64,000 nucleotides of DNA from an uncultured Bdellovibrio sp. (GTDB lineage: Bacteria; Bdellovibrionota; Bdellovibrionia; Bdellovibrionales; Bdellovibrionaceae), in the NCBI GenBank assembly GCA_963932905.1, contig CAWVRN010000003.1, positions 128,001 through 192,000 of the forward strand, given 5' to 3'. The position numbers and the translations under genes were made by a program. The notes below the pieces were generated by a model. That model was not told the DNA's origin and did not search any database. It worked only from the letters and a program-made list of their open reading frames with translations. This document shows positions 30,302-40,861 of this stretch, one piece after another. Each line of letters opens with the position of its first letter. The first letter of the stretch is position 1.

Positions 30302-33280
30302 ATGATCAATTTCTCGAAACGAACGTTGAGTCGTGTGGTATTAGCTTTTATTTTTGCAACTTTGGCCTTATCGTTTCAAAACTGTGGCACTCAAAATTTC
30401 CATGTCGACCAAGCGTCTGAATTGCCTTCAAACGAAATCAAAGCAAATAATGATGACCTCAGTAACGGAGGAAAATCTTTATCCACGGCCGTTCCTAAAA
30501 TTTCCTTACTATCGGCCCCGGATATGGTCAGTGCCTCACTCTACAGCGTATCTTTTAAAGTTTCCGGAATTGAAGCCTCGCAAATTAAAAATGTAACGTG
30601 CCAGTTAAATGAATCAGCGCCCGTCAACTGCAGTGACAATTCATTTACAGTCGATTTTGCTACGGATGGTGATTACAAAATCAAAATTATGGTTGAAACG
30701 TTGGCTGGCATAAAAAGCGATGTCAGTAAACTTGTTCGCAAAGATGCCACGGCTCCGCAAGTGAGTCTCATCAATACGCCTAACCCCATCAGCAATGAAT
30801 CTTCAACCGTAGTGTCATTCAATGTTGTCGATACTCTGTCAGGCATTGATCGAATCGAATGCTCTCTAGATAATGCTGCATTCACCAAATGCACATCGCC
30901 TTTGACTTTGAATAGCTTATCAAGCGGTTCCCATACTTTGTCCATTCAGGCTTTTGATGTTTTAAAAAATAAAAGTAACGTTAAAACGCTAACTTGGTCG
31001 GTGGATCTAAGTTTACCGACACTAAGTTTTTCGCAAACTCCGGCGTCTCTAACTAATACATCAGCTGCTTCGTTTGAATTTATGTCAACCTCTGCCATCA
31101 GCTATCAATGTCAGCTTGATAACGCCGCCTATACGACGTGTACGTCACCTAAATCATTTTCTGGACTATCTAATGGCAGCCACACATTTAAAGTTAAAGC
31201 TACAAATGCTTTGGGAACAGTCTCTTCCGAGCTGAGCTATTCCTGGACAATCGATCTTTCAATTCCAACTCTGACAATTTCGCAAATGCCAGCCAGCATA
31301 ACTAATTCAACCAGCGCGGCCTTTGCATTCTCAGGAAGCGGGATAGTATCTTATGAATGCCAACTCGATGGCGCTGCATTTGCGGCGTGCTCATCACCCA
31401 AAGCTTACACTAGTTTAGCGGCTGGCAATCACATCTTTTCTGTTCGTGGAAAAAGCAATGCAGGAACGCTATCTAATCCGGTCAGTTATTCATGGGCGGT
31501 CAATTTACAAGCACCGACGATCTCCTGGACACAATTACCGGCAGCACTTTCTGCATCATCATCCGTCAATTTTACGTTTTCGGGAGCCAATGTAACAAGG
31601 TATGAATGTCGTCTTGATGGTGGTGCCTACTTCGCATGCGCAAGCCCACATAGTCAAAGCGGCTTGACAGATAAAACACATACATTTGAAGTTCGTGGTT
31701 TTAATAGCTTAGGAATCGTTTCCAATGTTCTTTCCTACAATTGGATTACCGACCTAACAAGTCCGTCGCTACCGATGATTAGCATCAACGTCCCGGTCTA
31801 TACGACAAGTCGTTCAGCGACGTTAACGTTTAATTCAAACGATAGTAACGGTGTCGGTGGGTATATTTGCCGGATAAATTCAGAACCCGAGTTTACCTGC
31901 TCAAGTCCTTATACCTACACTGCAAATGAAGATGCGACTTTGACATTTAGTTTAGTGGCCGTCGACAGCGTTGGCAATAAATCGGCTAAGGCCATTCAAT
32001 CATGGACGACGGATGCTACTCCTCCCAGCGCACCAAGCCTAGTGCCCGACGTTATTGTGGGAACATCTCGATCTAGCAGTATCACGTTTACGTTTTCTGG
32101 CTTCGATTCAGGATCAAACGTTGATAGCTATCGATGCTTACTGGATGGCGTAACCGGATGGAACCCATGCACAAGTCCGAAAACATTATCGGATTTAAAG
32201 GATGGCCGTCATGTTTTTGAAGTCAGCGCTGTTGACAAAGCAGGTAATGTTTCCCAGTCGACGAAATACACTTGGGATATAAGCACCGTTACTTACACAG
32301 CGATTGCCAACGGCGGAAATCATGCCTGCGGCTTAACATCAGATAAAAAAGTAAAATGCACAGGTTGGAATGGCTTTGGAGCTCTGGGTATTGGCATTTT
32401 TGACAGTTACGAAAGTGGCGGAATTAAAACAGTGGACGTTCTTAACCTATCAAACAATATAGTGGCTGTCTCCGCCGGCAACTATCACAGTTGTGCACTG
32501 ACTTCCGCTGGTGACGTAAAATGTTGGGGTGACGCTATCGCAAATGGCACAGCAGCTAAAAGTTCTGTTCCTGTTAATGTTCCGGGATTGAGTGGAATCA
32601 AAGCTATTTCTAGTGGTGGTAGTCATACGTGCGCCATCACATCAGATGACAAAGTAAGATGTTGGGGCAGCAGCACGTTCGGTGAACTTGGCAATGGATC
32701 GACGGCAAGCTCCGCAACACCGGTTGAGGTCAGTGGTCTCACGGGTGTTAGCTCGATCTACACGACGATGTGGTATTCATGCGCTATTTCTGGTGGGCTT
32801 TTAAAATGTTGGGGTAATTTAAATGGTCACATGTCTGGCAGTGATTCCTCGGTGCCTGTCACAGCCAGTCCACTTTCAGGTTTAAAATCAGCGTGTTTAG
32901 GCACCAACCACACCTGTGTTATTGGTTCCGATGATAAAGTTAAATGCTGGGGCGATAATAGCAAAGGCATGTTGGGCAATGGAACCACAACAAGTTCTAG
33001 TACGCCTGTTGATGTATCGGGTCTTGGTACTGTCAAAAGTATTTCGTGCTACACCGGCACCACATGCGCCATTACGTCAGACAACACTGTAAAATGTTGG
33101 GGTGATAACTCTCTTTATCAATTGGGAAATGGGACCACAGCATCATCAAGTGTGCCCGTCGCATTTAAAACGAGTGAAATTAGCTCAGCAGCCGCTGTCG
33201 GTTCTGGTCCACTGTACACGTGCGCTTTAAGGACCAATGGCTATGTGACATGCTCGGGAAATATGTTGGCGGAGTGGTAA
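30302..33280 (+). CDS. Surface protein with about 6 Ig-like repeats and C-terminal RCC1 repeats
   Basis: LSFQNC signal motif; repeated YEC.LD...F..C.SP.....L..G.HTF.V; H.CA....V.CWG.N..G.LG repeats. Confidence 0.88.
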   Translation: MINFSKRTLSRVVLAFIFATLALSFQNCGTQNFHVDQASELPSNEIKANNDDLSNGGKSLSTAVPKISLLSAPDMVSASLYSVSFKVSGIEASQIKNVTCQLNESAPVNCSDNSFTVDFATDGDYKIKIMVETLAGIKSDVSKLVRKDATAPQVSLINTPNPISNESSTVVSFNVVDTLSGIDRIECSLDNAAFTKCTSPLTLNSLSSGSHTLSIQAFDVLKNKSNVKTLTWSVDLSLPTLSFSQTPASLTNTSAASFEFMSTSAISYQCQLDNAAYTTCTSPKSFSGLSNGSHTFKVKATNALGTVSSELSYSWTIDLSIPTLTISQMPASITNSTSAAFAFSGSGIVSYECQLDGAAFAACSSPKAYTSLAAGNHIFSVRGKSNAGTLSNPVSYSWAVNLQAPTISWTQLPAALSASSSVNFTFSGANVTRYECRLDGGAYFACASPHSQSGLTDKTHTFEVRGFNSLGIVSNVLSYNWITDLTSPSLPMISINVPVYTTSRSATLTFNSNDSNGVGGYICRINSEPEFTCSSPYTYTANEDATLTFSLVAVDSVGNKSAKAIQSWTTDATPPSAPSLVPDVIVGTSRSSSITFTFSGFDSGSNVDSYRCLLDGVTGWNPCTSPKTLSDLKDGRHVFEVSAVDKAGNVSQSTKYTWDISTVTYTAIANGGNHACGLTSDKKVKCTGWNGFGALGIGIFDSYESGGIKTVDVLNLSNNIVAVSAGNYHSCALTSAGDVKCWGDAIANGTAAKSSVPVNVPGLSGIKAISSGGSHTCAITSDDKVRCWGSSTFGELGNGSTASSATPVEVSGLTGVSSIYTTMWYSCAISGGLLKCWGNLNGHMSGSDSSVPVTASPLSGLKSACLGTNHTCVIGSDDKVKCWGDNSKGMLGNGTTTSSSTPVDVSGLGTVKSISCYTGTTCAITSDNTVKCWGDNSLYQLGNGTTASSSVPVAFKTSEISSAAAVGSGPLYTCALRTNGYVTCSGNMLAEW

Positions 33281-33498
33281 TCCAGGTTGCCTTATTTCCC
33301 CCTTTTGTCGACACAAGCAGCGTGAAACAAATAGGAAGTTGATATTGAAGGCGCAATGATAATGTAAAGTTTCTATACACTATTTTAGAACCATAGTATT
33401 TACCTATGGAATATATATAAATTTCAAGAATTCCCCTACTTCGCATTCTCATTTATATTCCATCCCGACCTTAACAATTCAAAACAAAAGGAGATATT

Positions 33499-33924
33499 AT
33501 GAAAGGTTTAGTTAAATTAATTTTAGTTTCTGGATTCGTTTTCGCCCACGCTTCACTGGCTTCTGTTTATTACAACACAGCAACAGTAACCTTAAAGGCT
33601 GGCAAAGAAAAACGTTACTACGATGCAGCTGTTCAGCATAATGTGGTGATCGAAACGGTAAAAGAAGCCGGCAACCTAGGCTACACTTTACTTCCAAATC
33701 GAAAAAACCTTAAAGAAGTCGTATTCAAAGAAATCTGGAAATCAAAAGCAGACCTAGATGCTCACTTGGGCGCACCTCACATGTTGGCGTTTTTCAAAAG
33801 CGTAAACTTTGACCCAGCATTATACGACATTGCACCTCAAGGCAGCGCTCTTGTTTTTACGGCTAAACCAAGTTCTAAGAACATCGTTATCGAGAAATTG
33901 GTTCTTGATGGCTACCAAGATTAA
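33499..33924 (+). CDS. Secreted ABM (antibiotic biosynthesis monooxygenase)-like protein
   Basis: Signal peptide; E.GN.GY.L, E.W.S.A.LDAH..APH; AAGGAG RBS. Confidence 0.7.
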   Translation: MKGLVKLILVSGFVFAHASLASVYYNTATVTLKAGKEKRYYDAAVQHNVVIETVKEAGNLGYTLLPNRKNLKEVVFKEIWKSKADLDAHLGAPHMLAFFKSVNFDPALYDIAPQGSALVFTAKPSSKNIVIEKLVLDGYQD

Positions 33925-33971
33925 GAAAATCATTTCAACGTATTCACAATATAAATTCTAAAGTAAGTCGA

Positions 33972-34005
33972 GTTCAAAACCGATCATAGCGACTCGGTTT
34001 TGAAC
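33972..34005. terminator. Hairpin between convergent genes, probable terminator
   Basis: gttcaaaaccga...tcggttttgaac, 12-bp stem. Confidence 0.6.
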
Positions 34006-34022
34006 AAATGTTACCTAGCTAG

Positions 34023-34961
34023 TTACGGTTTAATATTAATAATTTTGCCGATAGCGCCAACGATCGATTCGATCTGCTGTTTAAACAAAACGTCAGCATT
34101 CGGTGCCGGTATGTTCGCAAAGATTTGATTTAAAGTATCCGCTAATCTTAAGCCTGAATAAAGAACCCGCGCATCTAAGTATGGTAGATTCAATGCCTGG
34201 TAGCGAGCTTGATCTTTGTTGTACATTTGATCGTATGTTTGCGCACGCAATGCAATCGATTCGTTTAACCAAGTTTCTAAACTTGTTTGTTGATATACGA
34301 TTCTAGCCCGATGGGCTCCCTGAGCTAAATACTGAGCATAAACTAAACTAGCCTGCTCTAAAGTCATTCCGGATTTGATAATGTCTTGGTGACCTGTTTC
34401 GATCATTCCGTAATCCCAAACTCCATGAAGACTCATCGATGTTCCGAACCAAGCGACTTGAATTTTAGTCGCACCGCTGTCTTGTGGGCGACCTGTGTGA
34501 AGAGGCTGATGAATATCACCAATAAAATGAGTTATAAATTTCAAAGCGTCGGTCTTGTCCCATTTCGTCGCAGAAGGTGATCTTAAAATATCTTGGCAAA
34601 CTAAAATCACTTGAACCACACCACCTAAAGCCCGTTGTTCTTTGGGCATAGCTTGCAAATTTTTTAAATAATTAAATCCGTCAGCGATTTTTTCGAAATG
34701 ATACCAGTGAGTTGCCTGGTAGGTATTGCCTGATTTGATGCTGTCAGCCCAGTTGGCAACATCGGCTAATGATTGCTGACCTAGTAATTGATTAATTGCC
34801 ATTTTAGCTTGTGGAGTTAAATGGGCATCAGCGATTAAACCAGAGGCTCTGTGACCCAGATCACCCCAACCGAATGAAACCAAAGAGAACAACATGCTGA
34901 ACAACATCGCGATTATTTTCGTCATTTTTACGCCAATTTTATAGGGGTTATTTGTATGCAA
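34023..34961 (-). CDS. Secreted S1/P1 nuclease
   Basis: WG..GH after signal peptide, WAD, WHY, HFIGDIHQPLH, LH.VWD. Confidence 0.95.
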   Translation of the reverse strand: MHTNNPYKIGVKMTKIIAMLFSMLFSLVSFGWGDLGHRASGLIADAHLTPQAKMAINQLLGQQSLADVANWADSIKSGNTYQATHWYHFEKIADGFNYLKNLQAMPKEQRALGGVVQVILVCQDILRSPSATKWDKTDALKFITHFIGDIHQPLHTGRPQDSGATKIQVAWFGTSMSLHGVWDYGMIETGHQDIIKSGMTLEQASLVYAQYLAQGAHRARIVYQQTSLETWLNESIALRAQTYDQMYNKDQARYQALNLPYLDARVLYSGLRLADTLNQIFANIPAPNADVLFKQQIESIVGAIGKIINIKP

Positions 34962-35129
34962 TAATTTGTCTATCAGCAGACAGCATAAGGCAAGAATTAA
35001 AACCGCATTAATTGTCCGGTGTCTAAGACTTAATCACAAAATTTCTAAGCTCAACAATTATATTCTGTTATGTCCGGGCCTACTTTTCGCAGCTACCGCC
35101 ATCTTGACAGAAAACAAACGGAGCCTCCC

Positions 35130-36266
35130 ATGATTTCAACAAAAAATACGTTAAAATCCCTACTTTTAATTTCGTTAACTGCATTGTTAGCAATACGTAG
35201 TTCGGCAAAAGATTTTGAATTGGATGTTCTGCCTCAGGCCGAGCACCCTAATTTCATTTTGACGGATATGATCGGACAAACCTATTACGACGTCGTTCAC
35301 AACAAAATTGCTCATGCCATGGAAGAAGAAGGCGCCATTCGCGGTGGCGACAACGAAAAGAAATTGCGAACTGGTGGTGGTGTATCGGTTTATCTGGCTC
35401 CCGCGATTTACAATATTCACATCAATTTCCCAAAATCTGAAATGGGTGGCCGAAGCTACGGCTGGAACCACGGCAAAGTGGGTGACTGGTCTGATTCTAT
35501 GTACTTAAGAAGCCTTGCTAAAGTAACTCAAAAATCCAGCGAACAAGAAATTTCGGACTTCTATAGAGTCATAATTAATATTTTAGGTTCGTCCGATTCT
35601 AGAGGTATCAGCACACTGGAACCAGACGCCATTCGAGTGGCTACAAACTATTTGGCCATTCACACAGCAGAGCAATATCGCCGTATTCAGAAAAATACGA
35701 CTCGTTGGGATGACGCCCTATTACAAGTAACGTTACTTGCCGCGTTTCACAGCGGACAAGAGCGATTCCAAATGTTTTATACGGGTGACTTCACAGATGT
35801 AGTGCGCAAAAAAAACCCTGGTGTTTACGCCAACGGCCATGAAGGCGTCTTGTTCAATAATGCTAAATCAGAACGCGCTGATCTTGAATCTTACCACCAA
35901 TTTTCAGGTAAAACCCCAGATCAAAAAGGTTCAAATAGATCAGGAATTAACCTAACTCGTAAAGATTTCGAACGAATGGGACAGGAAATCACAAGCTATT
36001 TCGAAGCTACCGGAAGTAAAAACCTAGACGCCATCAAAAAAATCGTGGGCTACCGACCAAACAGAGATTCTAATATCATTGCGGCAATTGCTAAATACTA
36101 TTGCGAGGGCTTTGCAAAATCAAAAGATACGCAAGCCTTGGCAGCAGCGGTATCGGCGTTCATGATTGAAACTCGCGATCACGCCAACGAAATTACAAAA
36201 GTAGTCGCAAAGCGAGTTCATCAAGATTCAGCAGCCACTTCGTGCCTAAGGTTCTACACCCACTAA
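35130..36266 (+). CDS. Secreted hypothetical protein ending in SCLRFYTH
   Basis: GGAG RBS before ATG 35130; signal peptide; long ORF. Confidence 0.75.
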   Translation: MISTKNTLKSLLLISLTALLAIRSSAKDFELDVLPQAEHPNFILTDMIGQTYYDVVHNKIAHAMEEEGAIRGGDNEKKLRTGGGVSVYLAPAIYNIHINFPKSEMGGRSYGWNHGKVGDWSDSMYLRSLAKVTQKSSEQEISDFYRVIINILGSSDSRGISTLEPDAIRVATNYLAIHTAEQYRRIQKNTTRWDDALLQVTLLAAFHSGQERFQMFYTGDFTDVVRKKNPGVYANGHEGVLFNNAKSERADLESYHQFSGKTPDQKGSNRSGINLTRKDFERMGQEITSYFEATGSKNLDAIKKIVGYRPNRDSNIIAAIAKYYCEGFAKSKDTQALAAAVSAFMIETRDHANEITKVVAKRVHQDSAATSCLRFYTH

Positions 36267-36396
36267 GGGCAACCACTCCTGTCGACGTTACCGGTTTATT
36301 ACAAGGATGAAGCCGTTATTTGGATAAATAAAACGATGTAATGTTGACTCTGGCCGATCTTCTTTACTACTCTCTTGTGCATCGAGGGGGATTCCA

Positions 36397-37484
36397 TGAT
36401 TGGCCGTATTTCATTTTTGATTTTCGCAGTGTTTTTAATTTTAAACCCAGCCCAGGCGGATGAACGCGTTCTACCTATAGCAACGCTACAGAAAATGGGT
36501 TATCGTCCGTTTAATTCATTTCCTCATTATCGTGGTCAACGCCGAGTGCGATCGGAACTGCCGACGGGTTTAAAATGGCCCGTTCAGTTTGTTGATGCCT
36601 CTCGCACGATCGCGCAAAATTATGTAAATTACCAGCAGTATGGTTCGGCCCTGCCTTATTATCACAAGGGTTGCGACCTGCGATCCCCACCTAATTCCGT
36701 GGTGACGGCGCCCGTTACAGGCGTTTTGGAAGCTGGTTATTACAGTTACTCTGACAGTCCAGATGGTTCTGAAGTTAAACATTGGATTCCATGGAACGGC
36801 AAAACTCACGATGATCCCTATTTTGAATTAGCAGTTGTCACCGCCGATGGTTACCGCTTTGAAATGCATCACGTGGATTCTATGAATCTACCAAAAGAAA
36901 CGATTCAGGCATTAAACAAAGGAAACGTTGTTGTTCAGGAAGGCACCGTCATCGGCCGAGTTCTTCCTTGGGGCGGCAATTATGATCACATTCATTACAA
37001 TATCTTTCGTCAAGATGGCGTGATTGTAAATCCAGAGGCGTACACTGTTTCACCGGTGGACCATATTGCTCCAAAAATTCATGGTGTTTATGGGGTTCGC
37101 GCGGATGGAACTGTTGTTGAACTTATAAACGGCGGCACGACGGCTCCATTGCAACAAATTATCGTCGCCACAACAGAAACTCGAGATAACAACATCTATG
37201 TTCAAACACCTCCCTATGTTGGAATTCAATTTCAGACTCGTGAGATGTTTGCTTGGGATTTTAGAAAAGTAATCATGGGTCCCGATAACAAATGGCCTGA
37301 TATTCGTCAGGTGTTTGTGACAAAGCTAAAAACTCCAAGTGGCAAAGTTCTTTCGACAACCGGTCAATACGGCAAAGGACTATTCCTAATGCGTTTGGTG
37401 GTGCCTGCGTCGCGTGGGCCTTTCGCGATTGCCGTGTCGGATACAGCAGGAAATACAACGCGATTTACCGGCGTCATGCAGTAA
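36397..37484 (+). CDS. Secreted M23-family-like peptidase
   Basis: H.G.D (YHKGCDL), V.APV.G, H.H (DHIHY), VNP; signal peptide. Confidence 0.75.
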
Positions 37485-37741
37485 GAACTGGCCCCTTAGC
37501 CTGCGGCTACGGCCAAGTAAAATATCGTCAAATCAAGTGAATTTAAAACGTGCTATCTAAAATCCAGAAAGATCCAACACGCTCGCTTTTTTGAGGGATC
37601 GAAACTCGAATGTATTACGAGTTAATTCGGATAATAATTTTTTTTTGAAAAACTGTTTCAAGACAGCGCTTTTAAATTTCAGCTAAACAACTGTCTTTCC
37701 AATAGATTTTAGCTTCTTAGCCGCAAGCTAAGGAGCCAGTT

Positions 37742-38083
37742 CTAGTCACCTAAATCAAAAAGAACGACTTCATTTGGTCCGGGAAGATGTTCTGTATCCA
37801 GACTGTCTTCCGAATAGTCCTCGAATTCCTCGAGGGTATAAATACCCTCTACGATAAAACGTTTGATATCAATCGCCTTAAGTGCAGGATCCAAGCTTCT
37901 AATTTTTTGGGTAAATAAATCTCTCGCTTCTTTGGTCGATTTAGCCCAAACAGAAACATGTCCTTCAAGATCATTGTTCGCAATACTAAATGCCACCACA
38001 AAGATTGGCTTTTTTTCCTTTTTTTTCATACCAATGCAGCTTACACGATTTTTAAAATCCGCCATAGCAAAATTGTTGACCAA
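37742..38083 (-). CDS. Small hypothetical protein with acidic C-terminus
   Basis: ORF followed by hairpin gcttcttagc..gctaaggagc; probable start MKKKEK. Confidence 0.55.
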   Translation of the reverse strand: MVNNFAMADFKNRVSCIGMKKKEKKPIFVVAFSIANNDLEGHVSVWAKSTKEARDLFTQKIRSLDPALKAIDIKRFIVEGIYTLEEFEDYSEDSLDTEHLPGPNEVVLFDLGD

Positions 38084-38110
38084 AGTAAGGCTTAGTAATC
38101 CAATCGTAGC

Positions 38111-39700
38111 ATGCGACCTCCAAACTCTAACGACAATAAAAAAAAATCAATGTTAGTATACATCGTCGCCTCCCTACTGTTAGGCCTGTCACTTTTTGTG
38201 AGGGTCTATAACCTTGATGGGAAATTCTATTGGATTGATGAAGTTTCGAGTTCATTTGCAATCACGGGGCATTGGCCAGAACATATCGAGCAGCAGCTGA
38301 GCCAAAAAGTTGGTCAGATTATTTCAATCGGGCAATTTCAAGACTTTTTAGAGCATAAACCTATATCTGACACCGGACCATTGGTATCATCGTTGTTAAA
38401 ACGCGATCCGCAACACTCACCGCTCTATTTTATCTTAGCTCAAAAGTGGGCGACTATTTTTGGCGCTAGCCCACAGAGTCTACGAATGGCTTCCGCTTTT
38501 TTAAGTTTCTTAGGCATACCCATTTTCGTATGGCTATGCATTGAGCTATTCGGATCGTTACTGGCGGGCATGGTAGGACTAGGTATTGTAGCCATTGCCC
38601 CATTTCCCGTTCTATTCAGTCAGCAAAACAGAGAGTACGGCATGTGGTTCACTCTGTGCGCCCTTTCCACGGTTATTCTGCTGTTAGCAAATCGAAAAAA
38701 CACGTATCCCTACTGGGTCGCTTACGGTTTTTCTGTTGCTGTGAGTTTGTACACATTTTTATTTTCTCTTCCATTCTTGGTTAGTCATCTATTATTTCAA
38801 CGGATTGAATTAAAGAAATATTCTGACTCAAGATTTCGAAGGTTTATTATTGCCTTTTCTTTAGGAATTCTGGCTTACACGCCATGGCTGATAAATATAT
38901 TTATAAATAGAGAACAAGTATTAAGGTTGAACGATTGGTCCTCAAAATATCTAGATCCCGCCATTTATCTTCAAGGTCTTCTGCTTAACGTATCAAGGCT
39001 ATTTGTAGATTTCGGATTACCTTCATTTAAGCCCCTGCCATGGAAACATTTGGAATTGTTGTTACCAATTTTAATAGCCGTAGCTATCGCAATTACAAGC
39101 TTATCCCTATCAGCAAGACGTCTAACTCATTCAAAACGGATTCTTATTATTTCGATGTTTGCCATTCCAATTTTATTTCTTTTTTTGATGGATATCGTTG
39201 CAGGAAAAGGTATACACGCACTTGTTGCGAGGCAGCTAATGCCGTCATGGATGGCAATCTATCTGTCTGTGACCTTTTCCGTAACCTTCGGATTGAATTC
39301 AAAATCTTTTACGAAAAATGGATTCGCATTTGGTGCACTAATCTTGGTTCTGATATTTGAAACTATTTCGATGATGTCCTATTTGCCAGAGCGACAATGG
39401 TGGACATTAAAACCGAAACCCATTTTTAATGACGTCCTTGTGATTGAATCTACAAATCCAGATTTGTTGATTGTCACGGAATCAGAAATCGAGCTCAAAG
39501 AATTTCTTTCCATTGGCTACAGTTTAAAGCCAGAACTCCCTTTACTGGCACTTAACGAAAACGACATCCTCCCTAACTTAGACAAATTTCAGAAAATAAC
39601 TCTTTACCACCCTAGTCAGCGACTATTAGAAAAAATTAAAAGTAATTTCGCTACAGAAGAGATTTCCAAAGAAATTTGGCTTGTACGTAGCCGGTTCTGA
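38111..39700 (+). CDS. GT-C (family 39/ArnT-like) membrane glycosyltransferase
   Basis: YWIDE..S, PQHSPLYF.L...W, SQQNREY, multiple TMs. Confidence 0.85.
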   Translation: MRPPNSNDNKKKSMLVYIVASLLLGLSLFVRVYNLDGKFYWIDEVSSSFAITGHWPEHIEQQLSQKVGQIISIGQFQDFLEHKPISDTGPLVSSLLKRDPQHSPLYFILAQKWATIFGASPQSLRMASAFLSFLGIPIFVWLCIELFGSLLAGMVGLGIVAIAPFPVLFSQQNREYGMWFTLCALSTVILLLANRKNTYPYWVAYGFSVAVSLYTFLFSLPFLVSHLLFQRIELKKYSDSRFRRFIIAFSLGILAYTPWLINIFINREQVLRLNDWSSKYLDPAIYLQGLLLNVSRLFVDFGLPSFKPLPWKHLELLLPILIAVAIAITSLSLSARRLTHSKRILIISMFAIPILFLFLMDIVAGKGIHALVARQLMPSWMAIYLSVTFSVTFGLNSKSFTKNGFAFGALILVLIFETISMMSYLPERQWWTLKPKPIFNDVLVIESTNPDLLIVTESEIELKEFLSIGYSLKPELPLLALNENDILPNLDKFQKITLYHPSQRLLEKIKSNFATEEISKEIWLVRSRF

Positions 39701-39884
39701 CATAAAACAGGTTTGTAAAACCGGACCTTCCATTGCATGGCAATCACACGTTATCAACTCCTTTCAAAAGAAAAAAAATCCTTATGGAGTGTACACAGAT
39801 GTGAACAGAAGTACGGTGATAACAAGCCATCTCTTTGACCCAACACTGCCTCCCAGTTACGACAGTCATCAACAAGGAGATACT

Positions 39885-40277
39885 ATGAAATTTGTTTTCG
39901 CATTTATTTTATTACTAACAGCAATCGCTTTTTCTGAACCATTTGAGGCGTCACAGATTCCAGCAGAGACACCACGACCATTTGGTGCATTCACTTATGG
40001 AAACTATCTTTACGTTACGATTCCTGGTGATTGCAACAAACAAGGCGCACATCTGGAAGTCAGTAGCCTTTGCAACAAAAACCGCTTAACTCGCAATTTA
40101 GCACTCAGCTGCGAGGTTAATTTAAATATTGTTTCCACGCTGATGTACTGCACGACTATGGTACACGCCCCAAAAGTCTTTATGTTCGATTTAGCTAATG
40201 AACCAATTGCGCCCGAAGCCCGCGAACTTGTGATTCAGAGTGGAAGTCATTCCATCACTGTACCCGTAAATCGCTAG
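39885..40277 (+). CDS. Small secreted Cys-containing hypothetical protein
   Basis: AAGGAG RBS, signal peptide MKFVFAF..., four Cys. Confidence 0.7.
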   Translation: MKFVFAFILLLTAIAFSEPFEASQIPAETPRPFGAFTYGNYLYVTIPGDCNKQGAHLEVSSLCNKNRLTRNLALSCEVNLNIVSTLMYCTTMVHAPKVFMFDLANEPIAPEARELVIQSGSHSITVPVNR

Positions 40278-40305
40278 TTGATATCATCCTAGTGTAGGGT
40301 GATAA

Positions 40306-40746
40306 TTGCCTATACTAGGAACGACTATGCCACTATTTACAGTGATACTTTTGTTTACATCCATCACATTTGCACAAAATCTGGTTCCAGGTATATGGAA
40401 AGCAACCGTAAGAGTAAAATTACTTGGCATTCCGCTGCCCACCAATGAACAGAAGGAATGTGTACGCCCCAAAGATATTAAAAATATAAAGACTGTAGTT
40501 TCAGAGGCGCTAGAAAAAAATGGTTGCAAGTTAAAAGAATGGAAACTTAAAAAGCAAAAATTAGATGCTCAGATTCAATGTAAAACCGAAGACCTAGATG
40601 CGGCCGGAAAATTGACTGGCACAATCAAAGAAAAGAGTTACGATCTGGCCGGCACTGCCGAAGGCTACTACCAAAGTAAAATCCCAACCAAGGCCGAAAT
40701 CAGCCTAAAAGGCGAATGGTTAGGCTTTTGCTCTGAAAAATATTAG
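40306..40746 (+). CDS. DUF3617-like secreted protein
   Basis: PG.W, C...C...C pattern, terminal G.W.G.C. Confidence 0.7.
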   Translation: MPILGTTMPLFTVILLFTSITFAQNLVPGIWKATVRVKLLGIPLPTNEQKECVRPKDIKNIKTVVSEALEKNGCKLKEWKLKKQKLDAQIQCKTEDLDAAGKLTGTIKEKSYDLAGTAEGYYQSKIPTKAEISLKGEWLGFCSEKY

Positions 40747-40821
40747 TCATCGCCCCTTAAGCGAAAAATCATAGTTTCGCCTGAATTGACATATATCTCA
40801 AATATATAATAAAATTACGTA

Positions 40822-40844
40822 GTATATCTTAAAACGATACAAAA
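40822..40844 (+). promoter_or_regulatory. Putative LysR box, similar copy at 41741-41763
   Basis: gtatatcttaaaacgatacaaaa versus gtatagttaaaatgaatacaaaa, upstream of the regulator and of its downstream operon. Confidence 0.45.
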
Positions 40845-40861
40845 AAATACGGAGGGTATTT

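Noticed and set aside
37489..37737. Two similar ttagc..gc..gcta hairpins as a REP family
   Set aside because: Only two short copies, each just after a stop codon of convergent genes; terminators are the simpler explanation
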